Positions 1 through 9,283 of a stretch of 64,000 nucleotides of DNA are shown piece after piece. Location: NCBI GenBank assembly GCA_907165135.1, contig OU015566.1, positions 14,136,001-14,200,000 on the forward strand. Direction: 5' to 3'. This DNA is from Oikopleura dioica (taxonomy: Eukaryota; Animalia; Chordata). How positions within the stretch are numbered: the first letter of the stretch is position 1; every line of letters begins with the position of its first letter. Position numbers and translations under genes: made by a program. The notes under the pieces were generated by a model that was not told the origin of the DNA, searched no databases, and worked only from the letters and a program-made list of their open reading frames with translations.

Positions 1-1042
1 TTTTTACACACTACACGACAATCCTACCGATCTTGGATTGTTTCATGAGGATCGCCAGAAGTATCTGGACAAGCTGGTCCATTACTTCCATACTCCCGGC
101 TGCTCGGAGGTTGCATTGGAGACCATATTGTTTCCACTGGAGCCAAACAAGACGTTCCACAACACCTGCCAGCATCGATTCTGTTTCATGCGATGCCACG
201 CAAATCAGGCTGGATATCGTAGGATGCTGACTGTTCTATCATCTCAGAGAACATTGGAAAAGGTAGCGTCTCGATATTAACACAGGATTCTCCTTTTATG
301 ATGGTATTAACCATCTTAAATTTAGACCGACGACCGATTCCGTGGTTTATCTGCCAAGTACCTTACGATACTGAATAACCCAGTGGAACCAGAAAGGACT
401 GGGCAGACGAGTGCTAATTGTGTTATCGGCCTTGAGCTCCCCACCACTTACTTGGATCGCCTTTTTAAGGGTAATTATCAGTGTTCTTCCAGTTTTAAAA
501 TATCACATTTTACTGATATGACGGGTTAGAGAAGATTATAAAACTTTTATTGTTTAGATATGGGCTCTCCTTTCTACCACGAGAGTAAGCATGTGGCTGC
601 ACAAATGGAGCCTACTCCTCTGCTGAAGGCCTTTCTCAAGTACGGATGGAGCTTAACAGAGCTCAGTAGACTTGGGACAATTTACGGCCGCCGGGTATTG
701 GGAGTGTTTCTTCGTCAGAGTAAGTCGAACAAGCGTCGGAACACACACCCCCGAGTCCCTCTACTCAACAGTCACTTCTTCCCGATGACACCAGACAGCT
801 CACCGATGCTTCTTTCACCTCGACAAAGCCACCCGGTTGGTTTGGATGTCAAGTATCTATCCCTGCTTGAATCTGTAAAGATTCCCGCTGCTCGAAAGTA
901 ATCCTGTACTTGTTCCATGTACCTTCCTGCATGAATAATAAAACAAGCTTTCATCATACACATTAGAGGCAGGTCACTGCCTGCTTTAGTTCAAGACAAC
1001 AGATTTATATGGAAAATCTGTTTTGAATCTTTTTTATTTTGA
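1..1042 (+). CDS. 3' part of an unknown spliced gene (exons <1-262, 326-524, 558-897, 967-1042), converging on retroelement ORF3
   Basis: Three GT-AG introns (263-325, 525-557, 898-966) join four exons in one open frame (phases 0, 1, 2). No recognisable domain. The last exon carries a copy of the element palindrome. Confidence 0.6.
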
Positions 1043-1433
1043 GTTTATTAATGATGATGACTTTTGGTAAAGTTTTTAGTAACACAGGAAGTAACATATT
1101 GGTAAATACACCTAAAGAACAAACAACAGAGTAAATAAAAGGGAATTCGCAGATTCAGCGATTTCGTGAGAAAGTAAGTAATTCCGCTAAAGAAAGTATT
1201 TTTGTTTTGATATGCAGAGATATTGGTGCCCACGTGATAAGGAGAGCGAGAAATTACAGAGGGGGTATTTACAGATAATTAGCTGTTGTGGCTCTCTGCA
1301 AATGATTTTTACTAGTTTTTTTGGTCTTAGAGATTCACGTTATTGGACAGAGGTAAAAAAAAGAACTACAATAAACAAAACAAGTGTTGTACTTGGAGAG
1401 CTTTAAAGAGAACATGATTTGAGGAGGGAAGTA

Positions 1434-3767
1434 TTATAACGATTCCAGTGATGGCGGTTCGTTATGATCTGACTCGTTTTCATCCAACTTTATCCTCTTG
1501 GCATTCAGTTGGTCAGTGAGTGGGCACAGTTGAAGAATTTCATTTCTTATTGCAAGCAGGTCATATTCTTCCCTTTTCCTCTTCTTGGAGCCGTTATGGC
1601 GGGTTGAGTCAGGGTCGAATAGCTTGCTGATCAGTGCATTGCTGACCCACTTAGGGTTTATTTCTTCAGAAGGGCCGTTTTTGTCTCCCAGACTTTTGAG
1701 GAGCACATTCATCCAAAGTTGATCATTCAGAGGTCCTGAATTAAAATTTAGACTCAGGTTAGAGGTAATTGTGCCTTCATTAGAGCACTGAATGATTCTT
1801 AACGATGAAAAAGTGTGCTTATTCCCCGAAAGTTCACTCCATCTTTGTGAATTACCGCTGAGTTGATCATTTAGCATTGACGTTAGCTCGGTTATTTTAC
1901 CAGTAATTTCGTTAACGTCTTCATCGAACATGTCTTTTGCGAACACTCCAATGAACGTGAACGGTAGTAATTTAGCACATTTGATCAATTTTCTCAGCTT
2001 GTCATTAATAGGAGATGAGAGATTTTTCCTATAGGGTTCAAGAGTTTGCTTGAGTTTCTTAATCGCTCTTTTAGTTCCTGATGCGGCCCTTTTCCGGGAC
2101 GTATCAGTGAGGCAAAGCTCAATCTCCCGCCATCCTTTCAGACGCGCTTTAATGATATCTTTGTTTTTATCCCTATCTTGTTGTTCTAAATCATTTTCCC
2201 TTTGTTTAATTCTAGCTTTAAACGATAAAGTGCACACCAAGCACAAGACGTGTGCGCAGTTGGAGTACAAAAGAGCAAGGCTTTCGCCTCCAATTCTAGG
2301 GTTATTGAGAAAGCTTATCGAACGAACTAGACAGGGATGATGGGGGATTTTGAAAATGGAGGTATTAAAGAGACGCCATAGTGCGAGATAGTTGAGATTC
2401 TCAAGATTGGTGGTTAACGCGGAGTGAAGTGAAAAGTAGCGGTGAGAGTACAGAGAGTTATTCGAGTCGCTTGACCACTGACCTTTAACTGCACGCCATA
2501 TTTTTTCTGTACTGATCGACAGGAATGACCGGAACAGTTCGAAGCGTTTGAAGATTTCATCATCGTTTCTAGCTTCATGGCTGGCAAGTTTGGTCGCGTC
2601 GCAGACAGAACAAACGTCAGACAGCCCGCTGTAAACAAATGCGTTAACAAAACTATACAGCGAGGAGCCGAGTCTTTTCTTCAGCACCATATCAAGAGTT
2701 AGGGTCTTCTCAAGGCTCTTCCCAAGGAAGCGGCTCATTTCGGATTCCCAGGTAAAGATTCCATTAGTTCCGCGAACATCTTGGCGTGTTCCCCCACAAC
2801 GTGCGAGTATGGTATCAGTGGTTGATGCAGGCAGCTGCCTTATCTCATATAGGCTTGGATGGTCCATGATGCTGGAGATTGAGTCCACAATTTTCCACTG
2901 GAGATCCAATCCATTCGATACGAAACCACCAGCTTTTTCCACTTCCGCGTAGAGGGTTGAGATCAAACCGACTGTAGCTATTGCACCGGGTCGCATAGTC
3001 AGAGCTTGACAGAAGCGCTTCACTGACCCAGATGATATTGTAATTTCATCAAGAAGTGGCTTGATTTCCTTATCCTTCGCGAGAGGAAGAGCCCATCCAG
3101 CCATCATTGTCGGAGGGATGTTGTATTCACCGAAGATAACACGACTTGCCAAACGATAGAACTTATCCTGTATCGAGGGGAGCTTCCATTCTCTTTGTCC
3201 TTCTGAACGTTCCAAACGATTAAGCGAAGCCGTAGTTTTTGAGAGACGAATTCCTCCGCCTTCTATCCATTTAAATAGTTTGAAGGCTGTCGATACGTCC
3301 AGATTCGTATCTTTCGGCTTTTTGATTCCATCCAGAATAAAGTCCTCGACCTCCTCTTGATCTTTGAATCGATTCGAATAGGTTGCTGCATATTGTTTCA
3401 TCCTATGCGCTAAGGAGTCAGGTACAGAGACGTCGAGACCAAATTCTTCCCTGTCGTCACAGTCTTCCACGAATAAGCCTAAGGCTGTTCCTATCCCGCT
3501 GGGTATTAATTGGAAGTCGTTGAGCCATGTTATGAAACTCGGGTTTTCCAGAAGGGCACGGCTGATAAGGATCATTTTCCGAACCGTGGGAAAGTAGGCG
3601 ACCAGTTCGTCCATATACTTGGCATCAACACCTTCTTGTACACACTTCACTCGTTGTTCGATACATACGAACTCTGAATAAAAATGTAAGTCATGGTAAC
3701 TGGAGTGTTGAATGAGTGTATTATATTCTTTTAATGCAGGCAGCTGCCTGCTTAATTTTTTGCTCAA
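1434..3767 (-). CDS. Retroelement ORF3, unknown protein (777 codons, basic NLS-like C-terminus KKRKR); 5' end probably supplied by splicing
   Basis: 2.3-kb uninterrupted frame 78 nt downstream of the ORF2 stop. No ATG for ~50 codons. Preceded by CTAAT...CCCCCTGCAG acceptor (AG at 3769-3770). Confidence 0.75.
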   Translation of the reverse strand: MSKKLSRQLPALKEYNTLIQHSSYHDLHFYSEFVCIEQRVKCVQEGVDAKYMDELVAYFPTVRKMILISRALLENPSFITWLNDFQLIPSGIGTALGLFVEDCDDREEFGLDVSVPDSLAHRMKQYAATYSNRFKDQEEVEDFILDGIKKPKDTNLDVSTAFKLFKWIEGGGIRLSKTTASLNRLERSEGQREWKLPSIQDKFYRLASRVIFGEYNIPPTMMAGWALPLAKDKEIKPLLDEITISSGSVKRFCQALTMRPGAIATVGLISTLYAEVEKAGGFVSNGLDLQWKIVDSISSIMDHPSLYEIRQLPASTTDTILARCGGTRQDVRGTNGIFTWESEMSRFLGKSLEKTLTLDMVLKKRLGSSLYSFVNAFVYSGLSDVCSVCDATKLASHEARNDDEIFKRFELFRSFLSISTEKIWRAVKGQWSSDSNNSLYSHRYFSLHSALTTNLENLNYLALWRLFNTSIFKIPHHPCLVRSISFLNNPRIGGESLALLYSNCAHVLCLVCTLSFKARIKQRENDLEQQDRDKNKDIIKARLKGWREIELCLTDTSRKRAASGTKRAIKKLKQTLEPYRKNLSSPINDKLRKLIKCAKLLPFTFIGVFAKDMFDEDVNEITGKITELTSMLNDQLSGNSQRWSELSGNKHTFSSLRIIQCSNEGTITSNLSLNFNSGPLNDQLWMNVLLKSLGDKNGPSEEINPKWVSNALISKLFDPDSTRHNGSKKRKREEYDLLAIRNEILQLCPLTDQLNAKRIKLDENESDHNEPPSLESL

Positions 3768-3845
3768 CCTGCAGGGGGTAATAGATTAGTTTGAACCTGT
3801 TTTAGGCAAATTAGTGTCAAATATGCTGTTTGAAAGGAGAGAACT

Positions 3846-6800
3846 TTATCTGTGGTTTGACTTGAAAACTTTGACTTGTAGGGTACTCCATATCCGGTTT
3901 TTGACTTCCCGAAGCCATTTCCGGACGTCAAAGGCCCCAGGGGCGTTTCCCAAGAGTAGTCCTTTTATAAGTTCTTTAGAGGATATTTGATGAGCATGAA
4001 TCGCAACTTGCCTAATGTAATCTTGCATTATCAACGGAGGGATCCAAAGGACTCCCTCCCATCTTAACGGATTTAGCCAGGTCATAATGATGATTATGTT
4101 AATTTCATGATCCATCATTTCACTATCGTAATCAGATGGTTTTTCCTGACGACACTCTTTGCAAGTAAAACTGTAACCGTAATGGATATGTGCTCCTTCA
4201 GTTTCTGCTTTGAGGTTGCTTGGGAAAAAATCGGTTATAAAACTATTTCTTGTAGTTTTTGTTAGTGAATTAAATGGATCAATCGTATTGTAGGGCCAGT
4301 TGTTTTTATTGACCAAATAGCCAAAATGTGACTTGCTTTTTGGGTGTTGCATTCTTATTTCAATGACTCCCGTGTCCAGCAGAGTTTTTGTTTTCATTGA
4401 CATGAATTTAAATAACCTATAATGTTCCCATTCTTCTTTATTCATCATACCGTTAAGTCTATCATTGTCAAATCTGAGTTCTTGTATTTTATCAGAGTAA
4501 AATTGTTTATGCTCGAAAAAGAAGTCTGGTAAATTGCAGATAAATTTACCCGAGTTATCTGTAATTACCAGGCAATCCAAAACAATATCTCTGGCAAACA
4601 TAGGGGTTTTATATCTGTAGATCTTAAAAATGCTATTAATGGCTTGCTTTACTATCATTAGCGCTAGCGTGGGTTGTCTGATCAAGGCTAGTTCTTCAAG
4701 TCCCTTTTCAGGAAGGGCTATGAAACCCTTCCTCTTAATGAGGATTTCTCTGGCTTTTGCAGCCCAGTCGAAATGAGATACGTATGTGCCGTCATTTTTT
4801 TCCTTGAGAATCTGCCAAATGGGCTTAGTTCTCCTGTTCATGGCTGTACTTATATACTGTTTCTGTAGGACATTGAGATCTTCAGCTGAGGGAAAAGGCA
4901 GATAGTCGCTACCATGCAGTAGCGAGCCTCCTAAGAGCCCTCTGGTCATAATTGCTAAAGATTCTCTTGGTATCCCTGAGCTAATATTTTTCAGCCTTTC
5001 AGAAACCGCCCTGAATTTATGTTTTAGATACTTTGAATTCTGGGAGTATCCTAGCTTTCCCTCGTGGGTATCTAGCATCACTCCTAAATATTTTGTCGAG
5101 CTGACAAATTCGATTTTATTTCCTTCAATTATTAAGTGATCTTTAAGTAGGTCGCTGCCTGCTTTCTTGTTGGCAGGGTGACTGACGTCGCCTGCTCCTG
5201 CTTTGGCTAGTTGTTCTGCATTGAAGGCGTTTACGTATTCTTTAACAGAAATGTTTTTAAGCGACTTACTGAAAAGAAGGGCAGTTGTTTTGCTGGATTC
5301 CGTCTTAATCCCTAGTCTCCTGAAGAGCTTGAGCATTCTCGTGGCTGATCTCTGCATGCTGCCTACGGTGTCCATCATGGATCCACCGCAGGTTTTCAGC
5401 AGGCAATCGTCTGCGAATACGGTTATTGATCCTTTCGACTTTGGCACACCGTGTGAGCACTTCCTCTTACCGGAGATAACGATGATGTCGTCGTTGTTGC
5501 CCCATAAGTCGGCATCGCCCTGGTGAATGTCGCTGCACTCCTCCTCGTCTTCGAGTTCCTCTCCATCGTCCGCCGGATCGACTACAAATTCGTCAATTAT
5601 CGGTGCGGTATAGAAAGAAAAGAGAATAGGGGAGAGGGCACTCCCCTGAGGCAGCCCCCACTTGGGGAGCTGCCTCGGGGAGCTTTTGAATCCATTTACC
5701 GTGGCCCTGAAGGATCTTGGTAGGAAGGCTTTAATAAGCCTAACTACGTCCGGCGCCGCCACGCACTCTAGGGCCTCCAACAGCTCTTTGTGCGGGACGA
5801 CGCCGAACGCATTTTTGGCGTCAACTGTTACGCACCCCCACCATTCGTGCCCTTTCGCCCAGTTGGCTTCAGACTCCAACCATGTTTTAGAGTTAACTAC
5901 TCTCTCAACATGATTGATGGCTGCACCGCAAGAATGCAGTGGCCTGAAGCCAAACTGGCTCGCGGGGATTAAGTTCTTGTGGAACAGAAAATCAGTTATG
6001 CTACAGCATATGATTTTCTCCACCAACCCCCCTAAATAAGCCGCTATAGTTATCGGGCGCAATCGCCCGTTGGGCTTAACAAGCGGCGTTACCCGATTTT
6101 CCCTCCAGTCCTCCAGAAACCTACCTTCTTCGATGGCGAGTCTGATCGGATCCAGCATAAGGCTCGAGATTCCAGCGGTCGGCAGACTCTGAATCAAGCT
6201 TTTATTTATCTTTTTCTCATCCTTTGTATCTTTAGAGGAGCTTTTAAATGCTTTGAGAAAGCTGGAAATTTTAGTATTGTCATGAAACTTGAAGCGTTCA
6301 AGACATAATCGCTCGCTTACCGGCAGTTTTTTTCTAGCAGGTGGAGGTTCTGCCTCTTTCGGGGGAACGGAGAGTAGCTGCAAAGAGACGAGCGAGTCGG
6401 CTACAGTTTCAATCTCTTGCTCGATGGACTGTTGGTTGGCGTTTTTCACCACAGCGCCGAACACCTTCCATGACGTGTTGATATCCACGTCACCGATCTT
6501 GTCCACATTTGTCGCTTGTTTCCGTTGGTCCGCAGCCCTTAACCGTACGATAATGGATCTAAGTTTTGTCGCTGAGGCTTTGAGCTTTGCTCTTATCTTA
6601 GATTTTCGCTTGTAACGAAACTGTTCGTTTTCGAATTCGTCTATGAGTTCGCCCAGGGCTATATTGTGGCTTATGTATTCTTTAGTACGGTCACTCTTGG
6701 CTATTCTATACTTATTGGTGCGTACCACAATTTCTTTTTCGGGTCGCATTATTTCGGCATAACGATTTAGCAGCTTATTACCTGTTTCTAGTTTATCCAG

Positions 6801-9254
6801 GCAGGCATCTGCCTGCTTCATGCGGTGGCATTCGAGGGTCAGTTCCATGGCGTGTTTATATCCTTCCTCAAGGGGCAGTGGTTCAGTTATCATTTTCCGG
6901 GTCCATTTCTCATCGTCACCGGTGGACATGTCGATTTCAACATACACTCCGACATGGCCGTCTGTGCCTAGAGTTTGATGCTGTTTGAGTGGATATAATT
7001 TTTCTACCTGGATGTTCCTAGTACAGATATGATCAATTGACGAGCTGATTTTTTTGCCATTCTTCAGGGTTCTCTTGAAGGTGTCGAAGTTGGTCAGTAG
7101 CTCGAAATCGTTGTCTACCAAACATTTATTGATCTCAGATACTTTGGTCTTTTCCCCGGGGCGCGCTCTACACAATTGAGCATTAAAGTCACCCCCGATT
7201 AGTGATTTATCCGTGTAGGTAGACCCGAAAGTCTTAAGATCATCAATAAATCTACTTCTGTCTGTTTTGAAGAATTTATTATAGGCGTCAGTAGAGTTAT
7301 TGCAAAAGTTATAAACTGCGAGGAGATTAAGTTCATTATCATCATAGGTAACTGTTGCTGCAAGGTTTTGCGTGAGTGTTTGAATGTTTGTGATTTTAAA
7401 GTCTGATTTGATAACTATCATAGTAAAAATTAAGTCTTTATGTGCCTCATTCTCAGACTGAACCCCATTTGGAGTGATTATTTTCCATCCATCGGGCCAC
7501 GACTTTTTGTCATCAAAATAGGCTTTACTTGCATAGATTTCCGAAATTATGAAGCATTCCACATTAGGACTATCTTCAATGAGATTGATGATGTCTTTCA
7601 TTCGGATTCTTCCTCCAAGGTTAGAGAGAATAGCTCTAAACTTCCTTGGCCCCTTAATTTTGGAGTTATGCTCACTTACTACTTCTTTGTTACTTCTATT
7701 GGTTTTGTTAAGGCTAGTAGCCCTAATTACTGGAGGTTTAAGTTTATTTATTAGGTCATCGGGGATTCCGCAGTATTTTAAAAATTCCTTTGGGCCCATA
7801 ATGTTATCATCAATTGCAAAATTTGGAGCAATTCCTTTTTTCATTAAAGATGTTACCTTCTCAGTTCTCTTAGTCTCTCTCCAGTTTTTCTTTTCCTCTC
7901 TGTATTTTCTTCGCTGATTTAATTTTTCGTTGCTGTGATCAGAATGAGGCATTGGTGAAGTTATCGAGGGGTTGTCATCATCATCAGAAGAGGCAGGCGG
8001 GGTGCCTGCCTTAGTTGGATCGTTCAGAGTAAGTGGTTCCTCGCGATTTGTAATGCCTCTAGAATCACATGTTATAATATATCTCGGGTTCTCAAGCCAT
8101 GCGTCGAAGCCCGCTCCCCTTACTTCTTTAAATAGTTTATTATTTACTTCATTTAGGAATGTTTTTAGAGTCGAATTATTATTTGATTCTCTATAAATTA
8201 TATTTAGCGGAGTATCCCATTCGAAACCAAAATCAACCATGGCAGTATTTTTAATAAACTCTCTAATCATGCTCTTTCTCGCATTTACTTCCATGTCACT
8301 TACTCGGCAGACTACAGCGTAATGCGGTTTTCCATTCGCGAGAGGGGATCGGATTGCTGACTTGTCCCAAGCTTGGATGTGATATAATCTCAAATAGTTG
8401 GAAGTTGCGAGAACAGCCATCTGGAGTTTGATGAGACGAATGTATGATAGCCAGTTGAAGTTGCCGAAGTCATCGCTGCTCAGGCCTTTGATGCTGGTGA
8501 TGAGATTGATGTGCATCTCATTCCTTGGACAAGGGATGTAAGCGATGATTGCTTTCCCCGAGCCGGTTAGAAACAGAGCACTTACATACTCCAGGTCATT
8601 CAACTTGACATTGCACATTCTTATTTCGGCCAGGAAGTCGATCCATCCTTGGTCGGTAACGTCGATTCCAAACTTTTCTTGTTCTTCACGGTTTCCCGCC
8701 ACTTCCTCCAGGTATTTGGCAATATGAGAGATGTGTGAGACAATCCTCGCCACCCAGTGTCTCGTAGCCAAATTGGATTGGCCTTGAGACACCTGCGAGT
8801 GTCTGACTAAGTATCTCTGGATCTTATGGAATTGCTTGTCTCCTTCGTTATTCATTTCGGCAAGCATCTCCACCGATTGTATGCTAGCAGGTTTCGCTAC
8901 CCGAATAAACTCTTTTGTACTCTCGTACAACGTGACTGTTTTGTCAAGTTCAGGTAATAGTTCTATGGCCTCCAAGGGTTTAAGACGACCATTCTGACCC
9001 GGCAGGATTATCGCTCCTTTATTCAGCTTGTCGGCTCCTTTATATTGGAAGATCTTGGTCCTGCCTCTTTCTGGGTCTGCCTCATCGTACTCCGTCATCG
9101 AATCCTGTACGGTGTCTTGGTCGATACCCAGAATGCTGTCCTTGTAGATATCTTCGGGGTTTGATGCTTGCGAACTATTGTCTTCCATCCTTTGGCCTTC
9201 AATGGTTGAAACTCGGGAATCAATGGATTCTTCCGTAGCTTCTGATTCGGACAT
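3846..9254 (-). CDS. Retroelement ORF2: ~535-aa N-terminal extension, APE endonuclease, reverse transcriptase
   Basis: APE motifs LSNLGG, ISEI, AVYN, GGDFNA, SIDHI, TDGH. RT motifs LVKPNG-RPITI, QFGFR, DAKNAF, GLPQGSALSP, FADD, KYLGV. Confidence 0.95.
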   Translation of the reverse strand: MSESEATEESIDSRVSTIEGQRMEDNSSQASNPEDIYKDSILGIDQDTVQDSMTEYDEADPERGRTKIFQYKGADKLNKGAIILPGQNGRLKPLEAIELLPELDKTVTLYESTKEFIRVAKPASIQSVEMLAEMNNEGDKQFHKIQRYLVRHSQVSQGQSNLATRHWVARIVSHISHIAKYLEEVAGNREEQEKFGIDVTDQGWIDFLAEIRMCNVKLNDLEYVSALFLTGSGKAIIAYIPCPRNEMHINLITSIKGLSSDDFGNFNWLSYIRLIKLQMAVLATSNYLRLYHIQAWDKSAIRSPLANGKPHYAVVCRVSDMEVNARKSMIREFIKNTAMVDFGFEWDTPLNIIYRESNNNSTLKTFLNEVNNKLFKEVRGAGFDAWLENPRYIITCDSRGITNREEPLTLNDPTKAGTPPASSDDDDNPSITSPMPHSDHSNEKLNQRRKYREEKKNWRETKRTEKVTSLMKKGIAPNFAIDDNIMGPKEFLKYCGIPDDLINKLKPPVIRATSLNKTNRSNKEVVSEHNSKIKGPRKFRAILSNLGGRIRMKDIINLIEDSPNVECFIISEIYASKAYFDDKKSWPDGWKIITPNGVQSENEAHKDLIFTMIVIKSDFKITNIQTLTQNLAATVTYDDNELNLLAVYNFCNNSTDAYNKFFKTDRSRFIDDLKTFGSTYTDKSLIGGDFNAQLCRARPGEKTKVSEINKCLVDNDFELLTNFDTFKRTLKNGKKISSSIDHICTRNIQVEKLYPLKQHQTLGTDGHVGVYVEIDMSTGDDEKWTRKMITEPLPLEEGYKHAMELTLECHRMKQADACLDKLETGNKLLNRYAEIMRPEKEIVVRTNKYRIAKSDRTKEYISHNIALGELIDEFENEQFRYKRKSKIRAKLKASATKLRSIIVRLRAADQRKQATNVDKIGDVDINTSWKVFGAVVKNANQQSIEQEIETVADSLVSLQLLSVPPKEAEPPPARKKLPVSERLCLERFKFHDNTKISSFLKAFKSSSKDTKDEKKINKSLIQSLPTAGISSLMLDPIRLAIEEGRFLEDWRENRVTPLVKPNGRLRPITIAAYLGGLVEKIICCSITDFLFHKNLIPASQFGFRPLHSCGAAINHVERVVNSKTWLESEANWAKGHEWWGCVTVDAKNAFGVVPHKELLEALECVAAPDVVRLIKAFLPRSFRATVNGFKSSPRQLPKWGLPQGSALSPILFSFYTAPIIDEFVVDPADDGEELEDEEECSDIHQGDADLWGNNDDIIVISGKRKCSHGVPKSKGSITVFADDCLLKTCGGSMMDTVGSMQRSATRMLKLFRRLGIKTESSKTTALLFSKSLKNISVKEYVNAFNAEQLAKAGAGDVSHPANKKAGSDLLKDHLIIEGNKIEFVSSTKYLGVMLDTHEGKLGYSQNSKYLKHKFRAVSERLKNISSGIPRESLAIMTRGLLGGSLLHGSDYLPFPSAEDLNVLQKQYISTAMNRRTKPIWQILKEKNDGTYVSHFDWAAKAREILIKRKGFIALPEKGLEELALIRQPTLALMIVKQAINSIFKIYRYKTPMFARDIVLDCLVITDNSGKFICNLPDFFFEHKQFYSDKIQELRFDNDRLNGMMNKEEWEHYRLFKFMSMKTKTLLDTGVIEIRMQHPKSKSHFGYLVNKNNWPYNTIDPFNSLTKTTRNSFITDFFPSNLKAETEGAHIHYGYSFTCKECRQEKPSDYDSEMMDHEINIIIIMTWLNPLRWEGVLWIPPLIMQDYIRQVAIHAHQISSKELIKGLLLGNAPGAFDVRKWLREVKNRIWSTLQVKVFKSNHR

Positions 9255-9283
9255 TTCCGATTCGGAGGTTTCCTCCTCTTCAT

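Noticed and set aside
1020-1050. Definite LINE 3' end with TSD
   Set aside because: A polyA signal and A-rich run are present, but I found no matching duplication near 12.6 kb, so the boundary is left open.
5399-5414. Tenth palindrome copy GCAGGCAATCGTCTGC over the FADD codons
   Set aside because: Four mismatches, and explainable by protein constraint.
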